Part shown: piece by piece, positions 9,359 through 20,890 of the stretch | How the letters are laid out: the number at the start of each line of letters is the position of its first letter | Numbering within the stretch: the stretch's first letter is position 1 | From: Lama guanicoe | Lineage: Eukaryota | DNA length: 64,000 bases | Reading direction: 5' to 3' | NCBI GenBank assembly: GCA_013239625.1 | Contig: MU053472.1 | Location: 3,767,410 to 3,831,409 of the forward strand | Notes under the pieces: model-generated | What the model was told of the DNA's origin: nothing | What the model saw: the letters and a program-made list of their open reading frames with translations, nothing else | Databases searched by the model: none | Translations under genes and position numbers: made by a program

Positions 9359-12265
9359 GTAAGGATAACTTTGATTATTTTTCACTTTCCATCTGTTTGA
9401 AATAACGCCTTTCTTCTTTTTGTTTCCCAAACCAAGTTCCATACAAGGCTTCAGCTGCTTAGCTTTCTGTTTGTTTCATCTTGTTAAGCCTACTACCTTA
9501 TTGGCATTCTAAAGCAAATTCTTGTTTTACACTCGAGAAGAAACATGTAAATCCTGTATTTTATAAGATCAACTGCTTATTTTTAACTCCGGTATTGCGC
9601 TGCCTTTTTGGTATTACACTAGAAATGTAATTCATTTTTAACTCTGGTATTACATTGCATTACATAATAAGACCTTTCTTTGCAAATGATATGTTATAGA
9701 CGCTACTTTTTTTATAGATGAAATATATGGGCTTGTATTTAATTGACTCAAGGATTGTACTTTCTGTCCTGTTTAGATTTGAAGTGAGCACTAAAGAGGT
9801 TGATTTTAATGATTAGTAGCACCCTGAAATTCTAGAATGCCCTTGAAGCATCTTTGATCACTGGGTCACTTTTAAAATTCAGTCAAGCCTGAATGCTACG
9901 GCTGGCCTTCTACCACGTGTGGCACCCTATTGCCAAGCCCAAAATGGAGAGGACTGGATTACAAAATGGACACAAGGTGTAAACTTGCCTCCTGATCACT
10001 TTGGTCTTGTCTACACATAATGTTAAGATTTTCAAAAATTTTAAATTTAACGTCTGTTTTTTATTGACTCGCAAAGTTTTTCAGACATAGTTACTTAGGC
10101 TTTCCGATTGTGAATTTTGCCTACAACTCATTCATAGCCTACTCTTTATGTGCTGAATTTTTATGAACTGACTGAGGCCATAGCATTTTCACAGATGCAG
10201 CTGCTCATTCCCCATGGTGCAGGCAGACCCTAGAGGGCTCTCTGCCTTTCTAATGTGACATTCTCGTGTTTTATTCCATAAAATTATGTTGCTTATTGAT
10301 TAAAATTCATTTTATAAAAGGCCACTTCTTGCTGTAGCTCTTGGACACAGGTTAAAATGTTAAATGTAATTCATCTCAGCATCCAAGCCCAGATTTTTAT
10401 TTTGTGACGTGAGGAGAGCCAGAATATGGTTGTCAATTTAAACGTTTGTCCACTCAGGAAAAAGATAAGAAAACTTAACAAATGATAGAACTCTCTTTTC
10501 CAAATGTGAATTTTTACGTATACGACCTGGTGAGTGGGTCTTCGTGCTCGCTTCTTAGGCAATATTTTGAAGCTGGGATGAGTGAAGTGGAGGAAGAATT
10601 GGGTGAAAAGGAAAGCTTTGGTATTTAGAAAATAAACAGGTGAAAAGAATGTATCTAGAAAAAAATAGCATAAGAATTTTTGGATAAAAAAGTTCACTTA
10701 ATTTGAACTTTAGGACAGAATTAGGTATATTTAAAAGTTGAAACCATAGATCATTTTGTATACAACGATGGGAAGGAAAACTTCCTTCCTCGCCTTACCT
10801 AGTTAATACCCTGAAGCATGAGGTATATGCTCCGTTTTGATTTTTTGCCCTAAGTAATTTTACTATAGAACCATATTTCGGTATCTCTGAGGTCTTTGGG
10901 AGTCATACTAAGCTTTGTGCCTTATTAATGTCCTGTGGCAGCATGTCCAATGGGTTAATTATATGCCACATAAAATCGCGTCCTTTTTTATTTTAAATTT
11001 GTTGTTGTCTAGTATCATAAAGCTCTACATAAAGGAAAAGATACATAAGAGGTACTAGCTGGCTTTCTCTTTGCCGTTCATTACCTTGTCAGTCTTCATC
11101 ACATCTTCTCTCATTTTGCCCTTTTTCTCACTCTGGTAAGTGTTGCTTAATTCTTCTTCTTCTTTTTTTAACTATTAACTTTGAGTCTGTCAGTATACTT
11201 CAAGTATTGATTCTTTACTTTGTGAAGGGGGAATTTCACTGTATTGTTTAGCAAGGCCTTTCAAGCTTTCCTGAAGAGACTTTGCAGCATTGGCAGTTTT
11301 CAGGCTTTCTTCACCTTTTCTGTTCATGCAAGCTTCTTCTAGGCCATTAATAAATTTGTACACTATCCTAGTATTAATCTCTGGAGATTTTCAGTATTGA
11401 TCCTAGTTTATTGTCTATTAATCAAATTTTAATCCACAATTTTATTGTCTACTAATCAATTTCTTAATAACCTCTTACGGGAGTCTTTATTAAAAAAAAA
11501 AACTTTTGGATGATATCCATCAGTTCTTCTTTATCCACTATTTGATTAACTCTTTCAAAGAAGTCTAGAGTGTTAGGGACACATGGTTTTCACTTCTGGA
11601 ATCAGTGCTGTTTGTTCCTTATCAGATTACACTGCAACTCAGGCTTACTCAACTGTGGTTAACCAAGCCTTCCCCTGAGCTGAAGTTCTGTTTAAATGTC
11701 CTAGAGCTGTGCTTTGTTACACGTTAGCTTTCTTGGTGGATAGCTGTACCCTGGTGTCACAGGTGTAAAGGCAACCTTCTCTTTTGGCTTTGAGGAGTTT
11801 TGGATAATTCTACGTATCCGTCTACCTATGAATTATTCTAGCTGCAAGTTTGATCATCTTCAAAGATGCAGTCAGGTCTTTGTAAAATTGGGCATGCTGT
11901 ACATTGGGAAATGTAGTTTTGAGAACAGCGATTTAAAAAATAATAATAATAACCTTGTTATAGTTTCTGGAATTTCCAGAGAGTTTCAGAAAATCTGACA
12001 TTTCTTTACATTTTGCTCATTTATTTCGGTATTTATGTACTTATGTACATTTTCATAAGGACTAAATTCACTAGGTTTTCCTTTGTATTACGATTTTAAT
12101 TTTCCTTAGGCAAAGAGAGACATCCTTTGACAATGTGCCCCAAATTTGTTTCACAGTAAGACAGACCATGGAACTGTCTCAAAAATAGTTTTGCTTGTCT
12201 CAACTTCATCTGATAGCTGTATGTACAAGGCCAAGGCTTGATGAATTTTTGTCCTGATTCTTTTT

Positions 12266-12438
12266 TTTTTAATTGAAGTATAGTCAGTTTGCAGTGTGTC
12301 AATTTCTGGTGTACAGCATAATGTTTCGGTCATATATACACATACATATATTCATTTTCATATTCTTTTTCATTATAGGTCACTACAAGATACTGAACAT
12401 AGTTCCCTGTGCTCTACAGTGTAAACTTGTTGTTTGTC
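12266..12438 (-). mobile_element. Short young L1 3' end with 17-bp TSD
   Basis: T-tail, then aattgaagtatagtcagttt..tttctggtgtacagcata..atagttccctgtgct. TTGTCCTGATTCTTTTT at 12249-12265 and 12439-12455. Confidence 0.85.
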
Positions 12439-12930
12439 TTGTCCTGATTCTTTTTCCTCGCTATTTGTGCTTAGATTCCTCTTTACCAACAGTTATACCC
12501 ATTTTACAAGATATATTCAGAGTCTTAAATTATAATACTCTTTTTAAAGTACTAGAAGAAAGTCAAAATAGAAGAGGAAATGTTGCCTTTGCTGTATTCC
12601 TTTCATTTTTCAAGTCTTCTCTTTTCCATTTCAAAACTCCCTGTCGTGGCCCTAACCAAATTACATTGTTTTCCTTCTTATTTTGACCAAAAGCTGCTTC
12701 TTTGCATGACCATATCATTTCAAATCCCTGTGCGGGTTTACCATTGTCTTCCAAGTGTCTGCTTCTGAGGCTTCCCCTGCATTTGCCAAAATCCTGTCTC
12801 TCCCTCGCCTCTGATTTCCTTCTGCTTTTTAAATCTTTGTTTTCCATTTGATTTCTATATTTAGGGTCACCTTCCACCACTATTCTGCCTCGGTATTTCA
12901 TACCTAACTAGCCATCAAAAAATCCATGTC

Positions 12931-13113
12931 CACAAAATTTTTTTTGTAACTGTGAGTAATGATGGATGTTAACTAAGCTTATTGTGGTGATCATTTCACA
13001 ATATATACATATATCAAACCATGTTGTGCACCTAAAACCAATACAGTGTTATATGTCAATTATATCTCAATTAAAAAAAAAGAGAGATGGAGAAAGTGAG
13101 AAGCCAAAAAAAA
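12931..13113 (+). mobile_element. L1 3' end with double A-tract and 14-bp TSD
   Basis: gatggatgttaacta..ttattgtggtgatcatttcacaatatatac..tatatgtcaattatatctcaatt followed by an A-tail. AAAAAATCCATGTC at 12917-12930 and 13114-13127. Confidence 0.85.
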
Positions 13114-14071
13114 AAAAAATCCATGTCAAGGAAACTTTCTGGATCTCCTAACTACTTAGCAGTAACTGATAAAGAAGACTAAAATGATAGTGATTATACT
13201 ATTATTCTTACTGTTTTGGTTGTTCATTTGAATATATTCTTTTTCTCCTGGTTTACACCATTGTGGAAGCAAAATGTGCTGGAGCTTACGCATTGTCCCG
13301 TTGTCCAGTTTTCTAGTTTGTTTACCTCTTATCAACGTTTGTTTACTTTCTTTCTAATTAATATTGTTGCTACCACTTCTAAAAGTGATTGCAGTCCTAT
13401 TTTCTTTCTCAATTCTTGTTCCTTATTAATACACATTACTGAGAGGGACAACACAAAATTCATCTTTCTTCTCAAAGCAAAGAGGATCCTAGTGGGGCAC
13501 AGCAGAGGTCACTGATTCTTTAAATCACACTCTTCCTGCTCAGCTGGTTGTCCTGGATTTTCTGAGACTCCAGGTTAAAGTTATGATCAAGATTAGAATG
13601 TACTGCCCTGAGGCTTCAGACCTACAATGGGAGCCGTAGTGGTTTAGCGCTTGCTCAGTAGCAGTGAACACCTCCTGGACAGATTCCCCTTTGCACGATG
13701 TCTCTGCTTGCCCCTTCATTTACCCATTAGTCAACACGTAGTTATCCCATCTTTGCATTTTTACTTTGTTTGTAGTCAGGGCCTGAAGTGAATTGTTTGG
13801 GGAGGAAGAGAAAACTTTAAAGTTTTGGCCAGAGCCAGAGAGATGGTGCTATATAGCAAACTAGAGGTGACAAAGTGACTAAACTATGACTAAGGGAGTT
13901 GACTTTTAGCTCTGATTCTAACACTAAGTAGTTGGGTGATTTGGGATAAAATAGTGTTTTTACTTTTCTAGGCTTTAGATTCCCCATCTATAAAATTGAA
14001 CTTGTGCTATGCAGTTCACATGTGTTAGCTCATCAAGCCCCCATAGTACCTTCCTGAGAGAAATACGGAAC

Positions 14072-14428
14072 TTTTTTTTTAAGATTAGGGTAGATTAAAA
14101 AAATTTTTTTAAATTGAAGTATAGCTGATGTACAATACTATATAAGTTAAAGGTGTACAATATAGTGATTCACAATTTTTAAAGGTTATACCCCATTTAT
14201 AGTTATTATAAAATATTGGCTATATTTCCCACATTGTTCAATACATCCTTGTAGCTTATTTTATACCTGATAGCTTGTACCTCTTAATCCTGCACCTCCA
14301 TCTAGCCCCTCCCTCTTCCCTCTCCCCACTGGTAACCACTAGTTTATTCTGTTTCTGTGAGTCTGCTTCTGTTTTGTTATATTCACTAGTTTGTTGTATT
14401 TTTTAGTTTCCACATATAAATATACAGT
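14072..14428 (-). mobile_element. L1 3' end fragment inserted in a MIR
   Basis: ttttaaattgaagtatagctgatgtacaat..ctccccactggtaaccactagttt..ttccacatata. Flanked by degenerate agaaatac...ctttt repeats. Confidence 0.8.
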
Positions 14429-14444
14429 AGAAATACAGTGCTTT

Positions 14445-14580
14445 TATTTTCACATATGATAGGTGAGCAAACTGAGGCTCAAAGTGAGGCTCAAAGCTAC
14501 TTGCCAAGATCATGTAGTTAATATGTGACATGGCTGGAACTTGAACCCTAGAGTTCATGCTTTTCCAGCTCTGAAATTCT
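14445..14580 (-). mobile_element. MIR SINE fragment
   Basis: gcaaactgaggctcaaag..cttgccaagatcatgtagtta..ggaacttgaaccc (reverse MIR core). Confidence 0.7.
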
Positions 14581-16199
14581 GTACATCTAAGAATGCCACA
14601 GATGAACAAAACATTGATGTAGGCTTTGTATAAGCGATGAACTTATTTCCAGAATAGAGAGGAAGTAAAATGAGACTTGTTCTCTGAAATTGATCCAAAG
14701 TGTACAATAACCTGCTAACTTATGATAATCTCTGTATTTCTTCTGTTTCTCTTGTTTGTGTTTCATTTACAAAGATATTTGTCGATCAGAAGGTTCATTT
14801 ACTCAGTATCTCCCTTTTAGTGTAACAACTTTCATTACCTTTCTCTTCATTTGGCAACAGTCTGGTGAGTTATCTAATAGAGGAAACTGAAATAATAAAC
14901 TTTGAAACAGCTTGCATCTAACTGTCATTGCTCAAGTTAGAGTTCCTTGGAAACAGATTTCAAAGATTTTGTGATTTTGCTTTGAGGCCAGCCTTTGAAA
15001 GAGGTATAAATATTCAAGGTACAGTCAACTCTCAGTTACTTATGTTAATGGGGGTGCAGAATATTCAGTTAACTTATAATTGGCTTTGGAATGCCGTCAG
15101 CAGCACACATCAGATGTAAATCCTCTGTGCACACAAGCAGTCTTAGGTGCTTGCCTCCGCCGATCCCTTCTTGACTTGGCTTTGTTGTTAGGAGCGTGGC
15201 ATCCAGAAGAGAGAAGGAAGCTGCAGACTATTTTTTAACGATAACTTTTCAAGTTAAGAAGATATCTCTTTTATATAAAAGCACCCATCAGTCAGATTTG
15301 TATACATAATAGTTCCATACTTCATGTGGAAATCCAGCAAAAATGTTGTAAGTTCAGATTCATAAGTCCCTGTAGTTAATAGGAGGTAATGAATGAGCCG
15401 GGCCCTTGGTTATCGCCCCTGTTGGGCTATTTAGCGTCCTTTTTAGCTGATTTGAGGGGTAGGCATTTCCTTGGTTTTTGTAGTAAACTGTGTGGGTGTG
15501 TTGTAATTTTCTTTATCTAAAAATTAGCCATAGTTAACTTTTTATAAAGTTTAAAACATGTCTCTGGGGCTCATGATTTTGTTTGTTTTTGTTTTGAATA
15601 AAAAACCTCTGCATTTTATTTACTGGAAAGTGTTTATTGGAACCTTTTTGTACTCCCCTCCTCCCTTACTCCGTTCAAATTACTAAATATAGTAGAGGAA
15701 AAAAGATGTTATAAATGAGCAACGTACTGTTATAAATGTTCTGTCAGGAACCAGAATTGGTAGCAGGGTATTTACTGTCAGAGGTGTGTGATGACGACGT
15801 TGCGCTGAATTTATGTAGTAATTTTCTTCCAAGAAGCTTAAAATGATTCGCAAATACTTGCAAGCTAAATAAGAACAGGTGATACTTAGTCCGTTTTGTA
15901 GAAAAGGAAACTTAATGGGAGAGGAAGCAAGTTAATTATCTTAGAACAAAGTTGCACAGAGATGGACCCAACTTGCTTTGCAGGAGATAAGTAACCCAAC
16001 TTTTAAGTTACCCAAGGATGTGGATTTCTCAGGGAAATCCTAAAAAGCTGAAATGTTGTCAATGGCTCAGGTGTCCTCTATTTGGACCTATGTCGCTCAG
16101 TGTGATAATTCAATCAAAAACTATTGGTGAAGAGGTTTGCCAGCTTTATGTCTCAGAAAGCCCCATGAGCTAACACTCTGACCTGTGTTCATTGTTCTC

Positions 16200-16710
16200 T
16201 TGAGAACTGTTATTAGAGTCCAAGCCAGAGTCTTTACAATGACCTGTGAGGCCCTGCAGCATCTGGCCTGGCAGCCGCACCTCTCACCTCCTCCCCTCTG
16301 CTCTAGTCACTCTGACCTCCTTGTCCCTCAGTTAAGCCAGGTCTACCCCCACCTCAGGGCCTTCCCTCTTACTAGTCCCGCTTACACACCAGGTATCTTC
16401 TTCTCTTAGTCTCTCAAATGTCAGCCCCAGGTGTCACGTACACCTTCTCAAAGAGGCCCTCCCAGACCATGTATTCTGAAGGACTCTGCCTGTGCCCCCC
16501 GGGGCTCATATTCTCCTTCCCTGATTTTTTTTTTTTAATAAACTTATTGCCATGCGACGTACTTCTGTAACGGTCTGTCTCCCCTCAGCAGGATGTGAGC
16601 TCTGTGAAAGGAGGGGTTTTTGTGTCTCTTTATGTTGGGGAATAGGGCCTTAGTATACTTGGTAGTGCCTTGCACATAGTAAGTACTCAATAAATATTAA
16701 TGGAATGAGT
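16200..16710 (+). mobile_element. L2 LINE 3' end
   Basis: Ends in the L2 terminus agtgccttgcacatagtaagtactcaataaatattaatggaatga. Internal cacctcagggcctt and aagaggccctcccagacc motifs. Confidence 0.8.
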
Positions 16711-17151
16711 ATGAGGAACATTATGGTGGTGCTGAGTAACTGACAGGTTGGAGCTCACTCTAGGATGAAACATTTATCTCATCACATTTGTAGGTAGACT
16801 CTGAAGTCAGTTTCGAGTGCTTTGGGTTTGCTATGGCATGCTGTGGTCCTTTATTTCTCTGACTTACTAGCAGCATAGTGTCTCCTTAATTGTCATTTTC
16901 AAATTGTAAACATGACTATAATCAGTATGCTTGAGGTACTCCTTTACATAGTATTTATTTAGTTTAATAACTAGCCCAACCCCTGCTCTTTAGGAAATTC
17001 TGATTTTCCAAGACAAATTTATTAGGGTACTGATTTTAAACCTGTAATTATAAGATATTACCAGAGGACCTCATCTTTTCAGCCCTTAAGTTTGTGATTC
17101 CCAATCCTGGTTTTGAGATACCCTAACACGGTGGGTTTTAATCTTTTTTCC

Positions 17152-17157
17152 TTTCTT

Positions 17158-17190
<33 letters not shown>
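17152..17190 (+). repeat. Poly-T tract (~30 T) within a probable DNA-transposon remnant
   Basis: Continuous T run across 17161-17190. Confidence 0.9.
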
Positions 17191-17193
<3 letters not shown>

Positions 17194-18333
17194 GGCCCCT
17201 TTGAGAATGTGATGAAAGTTATTGACTATATATTCTTAACATACAATTCTGCAAAAAAAAAAAAATCACAGCGAGTTAAAGAGTTTCTGAGACACATGTA
17301 GGAATTTAAGGAGTCCAGATTAAAAGCTGTTATCCTAGAATAATCCCAATTATTTCAAGAAATGAAACCAATTTCTCAAAAGTAATTTACCCTCTGTTTA
17401 CTTAATTTAAAAAGTATTTGTATACATTACTAGAAGTCAAACAGACAATATTATGATGCAATTATAAGAAGGTTGGCCTGGCCTAAGGTGACCTTAGGTA
17501 TAAAAATTAGTATCTGACGAAGATCTGTGTATGTGTCGTAAAGGAATTGTGCTCTCCAAATATTAAGTGCAACTGCATTAATTCAAGAAATGCTTATAAC
17601 CCTTCATCATGGTGGTTTCACTGAAAGGCCCATGAGAATAAAGGATGTTTCACTACTTTGTTTTGATATGAGTAGAACAGTTGTGGCTGTGTGTCCGTTT
17701 GGTTACTACTAAATGCAGAGAACAGGGACTGTAAAGCAAAGTAACTTTGGTTACTTTCTGTCTGGCTCCTGTCCTCTGGGCTCCATTGCTTTTCCTGAGG
17801 TAGGAGTCCTTGGATCCTTCAGTTTCTATTTGCTATAATGGAAAACTTTAAGTCTCTTAGAAAAAGGTTTACTGTTGCTGGCTTGTCTGTTTTTAAGTAA
17901 CAGACAAGCTACTTTACATACTCTTATTTTTATCTGGGTTCTAAACATTACAGTTCATGGATACATCTTATTTGATACTTTTTAATATATTAGAGTTTAT
18001 GTTTAATTTACAAATTCATCAACACCAAAATAATCAAAATGATTTAAATTGGGGTTTTTTTTTTTAACTGTAAACACAGAATCTCACATTTTTCCTGGAG
18101 ATAGGAAATGAGATTATTTAGATATTCTCATCCCTGAATCTAAAGCAGTGGTAGTTGTCCAAGATGGCAACATATCTATCTTCAAGACCCCTGTTTATTT
18201 TTTTCGAACTTGAGATTACTTCCATTATGATGGAAATCAACCATAGACTACAGTAATTTTCAATGGCATAGTCAACTATCATGTACCTGTCAATTTTGTG
18301 CATGCTAACATATCAAAAGGGTACTATTGAGCG

Positions 18334-18362
<29 letters not shown>
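18334..18362. repeat. (TA)n microsatellite
   Basis: About 14 TA units, seen directly. Confidence 0.95.
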
Positions 18363-18365
<3 letters not shown>

Positions 18366-18769
18366 AAGTGAGAAACACTGTTGCTATTGTTATTTCTGTA
18401 GTTAATTTGGATGAAGCTGAAGGCCTTATGTTTTATGCCTAAAAAATGATTATAGATTTCCATTCTTTTTTCCCTTAAACTATTTCCTACAGTCTTATGA
18501 ATTATCCACTCTTAAGCGGAAATCTTTTATATGATGCAGGTTTCATGTGCTTTCATTTTTATGTCTTCTCCTTAGAATCATATTGGTTATCTGACTTTAA
18601 AATTCTTGTGGCCAAGGTCTTTTTAATTTTGTGAAGGACTTTAGTGGCCTTTTATTAAAATTAATTCCTATTCAGTTTTCCATACCTGGGGTAAAATACA
18701 ATTTTGGGTGGGAGGGCAGAGAGGCACCCTATTTCATTTGTAAAGTATAATCATCAAATTTCAAGCTAG

Positions 18770-18850
18770 AAAAAAACACCTAATCCAATCATTTCATTTT
18801 ACAGATGAAGAAATAGACCCAGAGAGATTAGTGGTTTGCCAGAACTGCCA
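18770..18850 (-). mobile_element. MIR fragment
   Basis: tcattttacagatgaagaaatagacccagagag. Confidence 0.6.
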
Positions 18851-19989
18851 GTTTACCACCATATCTTACTGGCCAGCATTTTTAGCAAACTTTATTTGTT
18901 TATTTTAAACTTTTGGGAGTCATTGGAAGAAGATTAAAAAGCAGATGTTGGCAGAGATTTTCCCCTGAACATTCTATTAAGAAGATATTATAGAGTGCCA
19001 TAGGGTCTGTTTCTTCTTTTGATTCCTACTCATCTGGAAGGCATACTTTAAAATAAGTGAACAAACAAAAAAATACCTTGCTGCAACTTAGCACTACTCT
19101 GTGTGGTACATACATCGTTTATTCTGCCATAGAATCACTGCACCCGGTGGCCTGTTGTTCTGGATCGTCTCCTCAAAGCAGTGGAGGCCCTTTATGAAGT
19201 CTGGGCCAGGAACCTAAGCAAGATTGAGGGCTGCCCTGGATTCTCTCCATGCCTTATAATGTGGGTCTCCCACGGTGTACAGAAGGAACACTGTGGCAGG
19301 TCCCGTGGGAATACAAAGAACAGCACCCCAGCTCAGTTCAACTGAGGAGATGCAGCTCAAACAGCGGACAGCAGTGTGTGATGAATGCCAAACAGGAGGT
19401 GCAGGCACAAATGCATTGGAGTGCCAATTTTCATTTTCTCAGGAGTCATTCAGATGACTGTGGTAATTTTGTCTCAGGGTCCTCTATGATTGAAGAAAAA
19501 ACAAACAAAAAACATGAAATTTTAACCCAAGCAACTTCAAGTAGGTTAGAACTAGAGGACAGCTACAGCCCAAACAGTCATGCCTTCTAATTTTCACTTG
19601 TATCAGTTAAGTACAGGTTATAATATTGCCTGTATAAATATTCCTGTATGTGTAATACTCATCACTAGTGTTTTCTTTCTTTCTTTCTTTTAGTCTCTCC
19701 TACTCACAAACTCATTCTCTCTGCCCGCAACATTGGGTTCTAGACAGTGCACATCACCGTCACTGCTCTAATGAGAAGCTAATTGTAGGGCTTGATCATT
19801 AGGTGGCATGCCCCTCCCCCTGCCCCCCCCAGTAGCGTTTTCTTTAGAAGTCCAAATAACTGAACATCATGGCTTTCTTTTCAAATTACAAAGCTGACTT
19901 TCTAAAATTTGTAAGTTCCTGTTAATTGTAGTAAACTTAAAACAGAAAATTTAGCTTTAAGCAAAATTTAACACATTGGGAGTTCTGTT

Positions 19990-20890
19990 TCTTTTTTTCT
20001 TAATTGAAGTATAGTTGATTTAGTGTTATGTTAATTTCTGTGTACAGCATAGTGATTCATTTATACATACATATATTTATATATATATTCCTTTTCATAC
20101 TCTTTTTCATCATAGACCAATTCAAACTATTGAATATAGTTCCCTGTGATATACAGTAGGACCTTATTGTTTATCTATTTTATATATAGTAGTTGTATCT
20201 ACAAATCCCAAGCTCCCAATTTATCCTTCCCCACCTCATAACCATAAGTTTATTTTCTATGTCTGTAAGTCTGTCTTTATTTTGTAAATAAGTTCATTTG
20301 TGTCCTCCCCCAACCAACTTTTTTTTTTCAATTCCACATATAAGTGATATCATATGGTATATTTCTTTCTCTTTCTGGCTTACTTCACTTAGCATGATGA
20401 TCTCCATGTTCATCCATGTTTCTGCAAATGGTATTATTTTATTCATTTTTATGGCTGAGTAGTATTCCATTGTGTGTGTGTGTGTGTGTGTATACCACAA
20501 CTTCTTTATCTGTTCCACTGTCACTGGACATTTAGGTTGCCTCCATGACTATTATAAATATTAGTGCTGCTATGAACATTGGAGTGCATGTATCCTTTTG
20601 AATTAGAGTTCCCTCCAGATATATGCCCAGGAGTGGGATTGCTAGATCATAGGGTAAGTCTATTTTCAGTTTTTTTAAGGAATTTCCATACTGTTTTCCA
20701 TAGTGGATGCACCAAACTACATTCCACCAGCAGCGTAGGATGGATCCCTTTTCTCCACACCCTCTCCAGCCATTTATCATTTGTGGACTTTTTAATGATG
20801 GCCATTCTGACTGGTGTAAGGTGATACCTCATTGTAGTTTTGATTTGCATTTCTCTGATAATTAGCAATACTGAGCGTTTTTTCATGTGT
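19990..20890 (-). mobile_element. 5'-truncated L1 with degenerate ORF2 C-terminus and 3'UTR, containing (TG)10 at 20471-20490
   Basis: Minus-strand ORF fragments IIREMQIKTTMRYHLTPVRMAIIKK, LPYDLAIPLLGIY..DTCTPMFIAAL and MEYYSAIK..FAETWM..IMLSEVSQKEK are L1 ORF2p C-terminal motifs split by frameshifts. Confidence 0.95.

Noticed and set aside
10771..10789. GGAAGGAA-aac-TTCCTTCC hairpin
   Set aside because: An isolated 8-bp low-complexity stem, expected by chance in 64 kb.
20294..20886. Minus-strand ORFs with protein-like sequence
   Set aside because: Frameshifted L1 ORF2 remnants, not a host gene.
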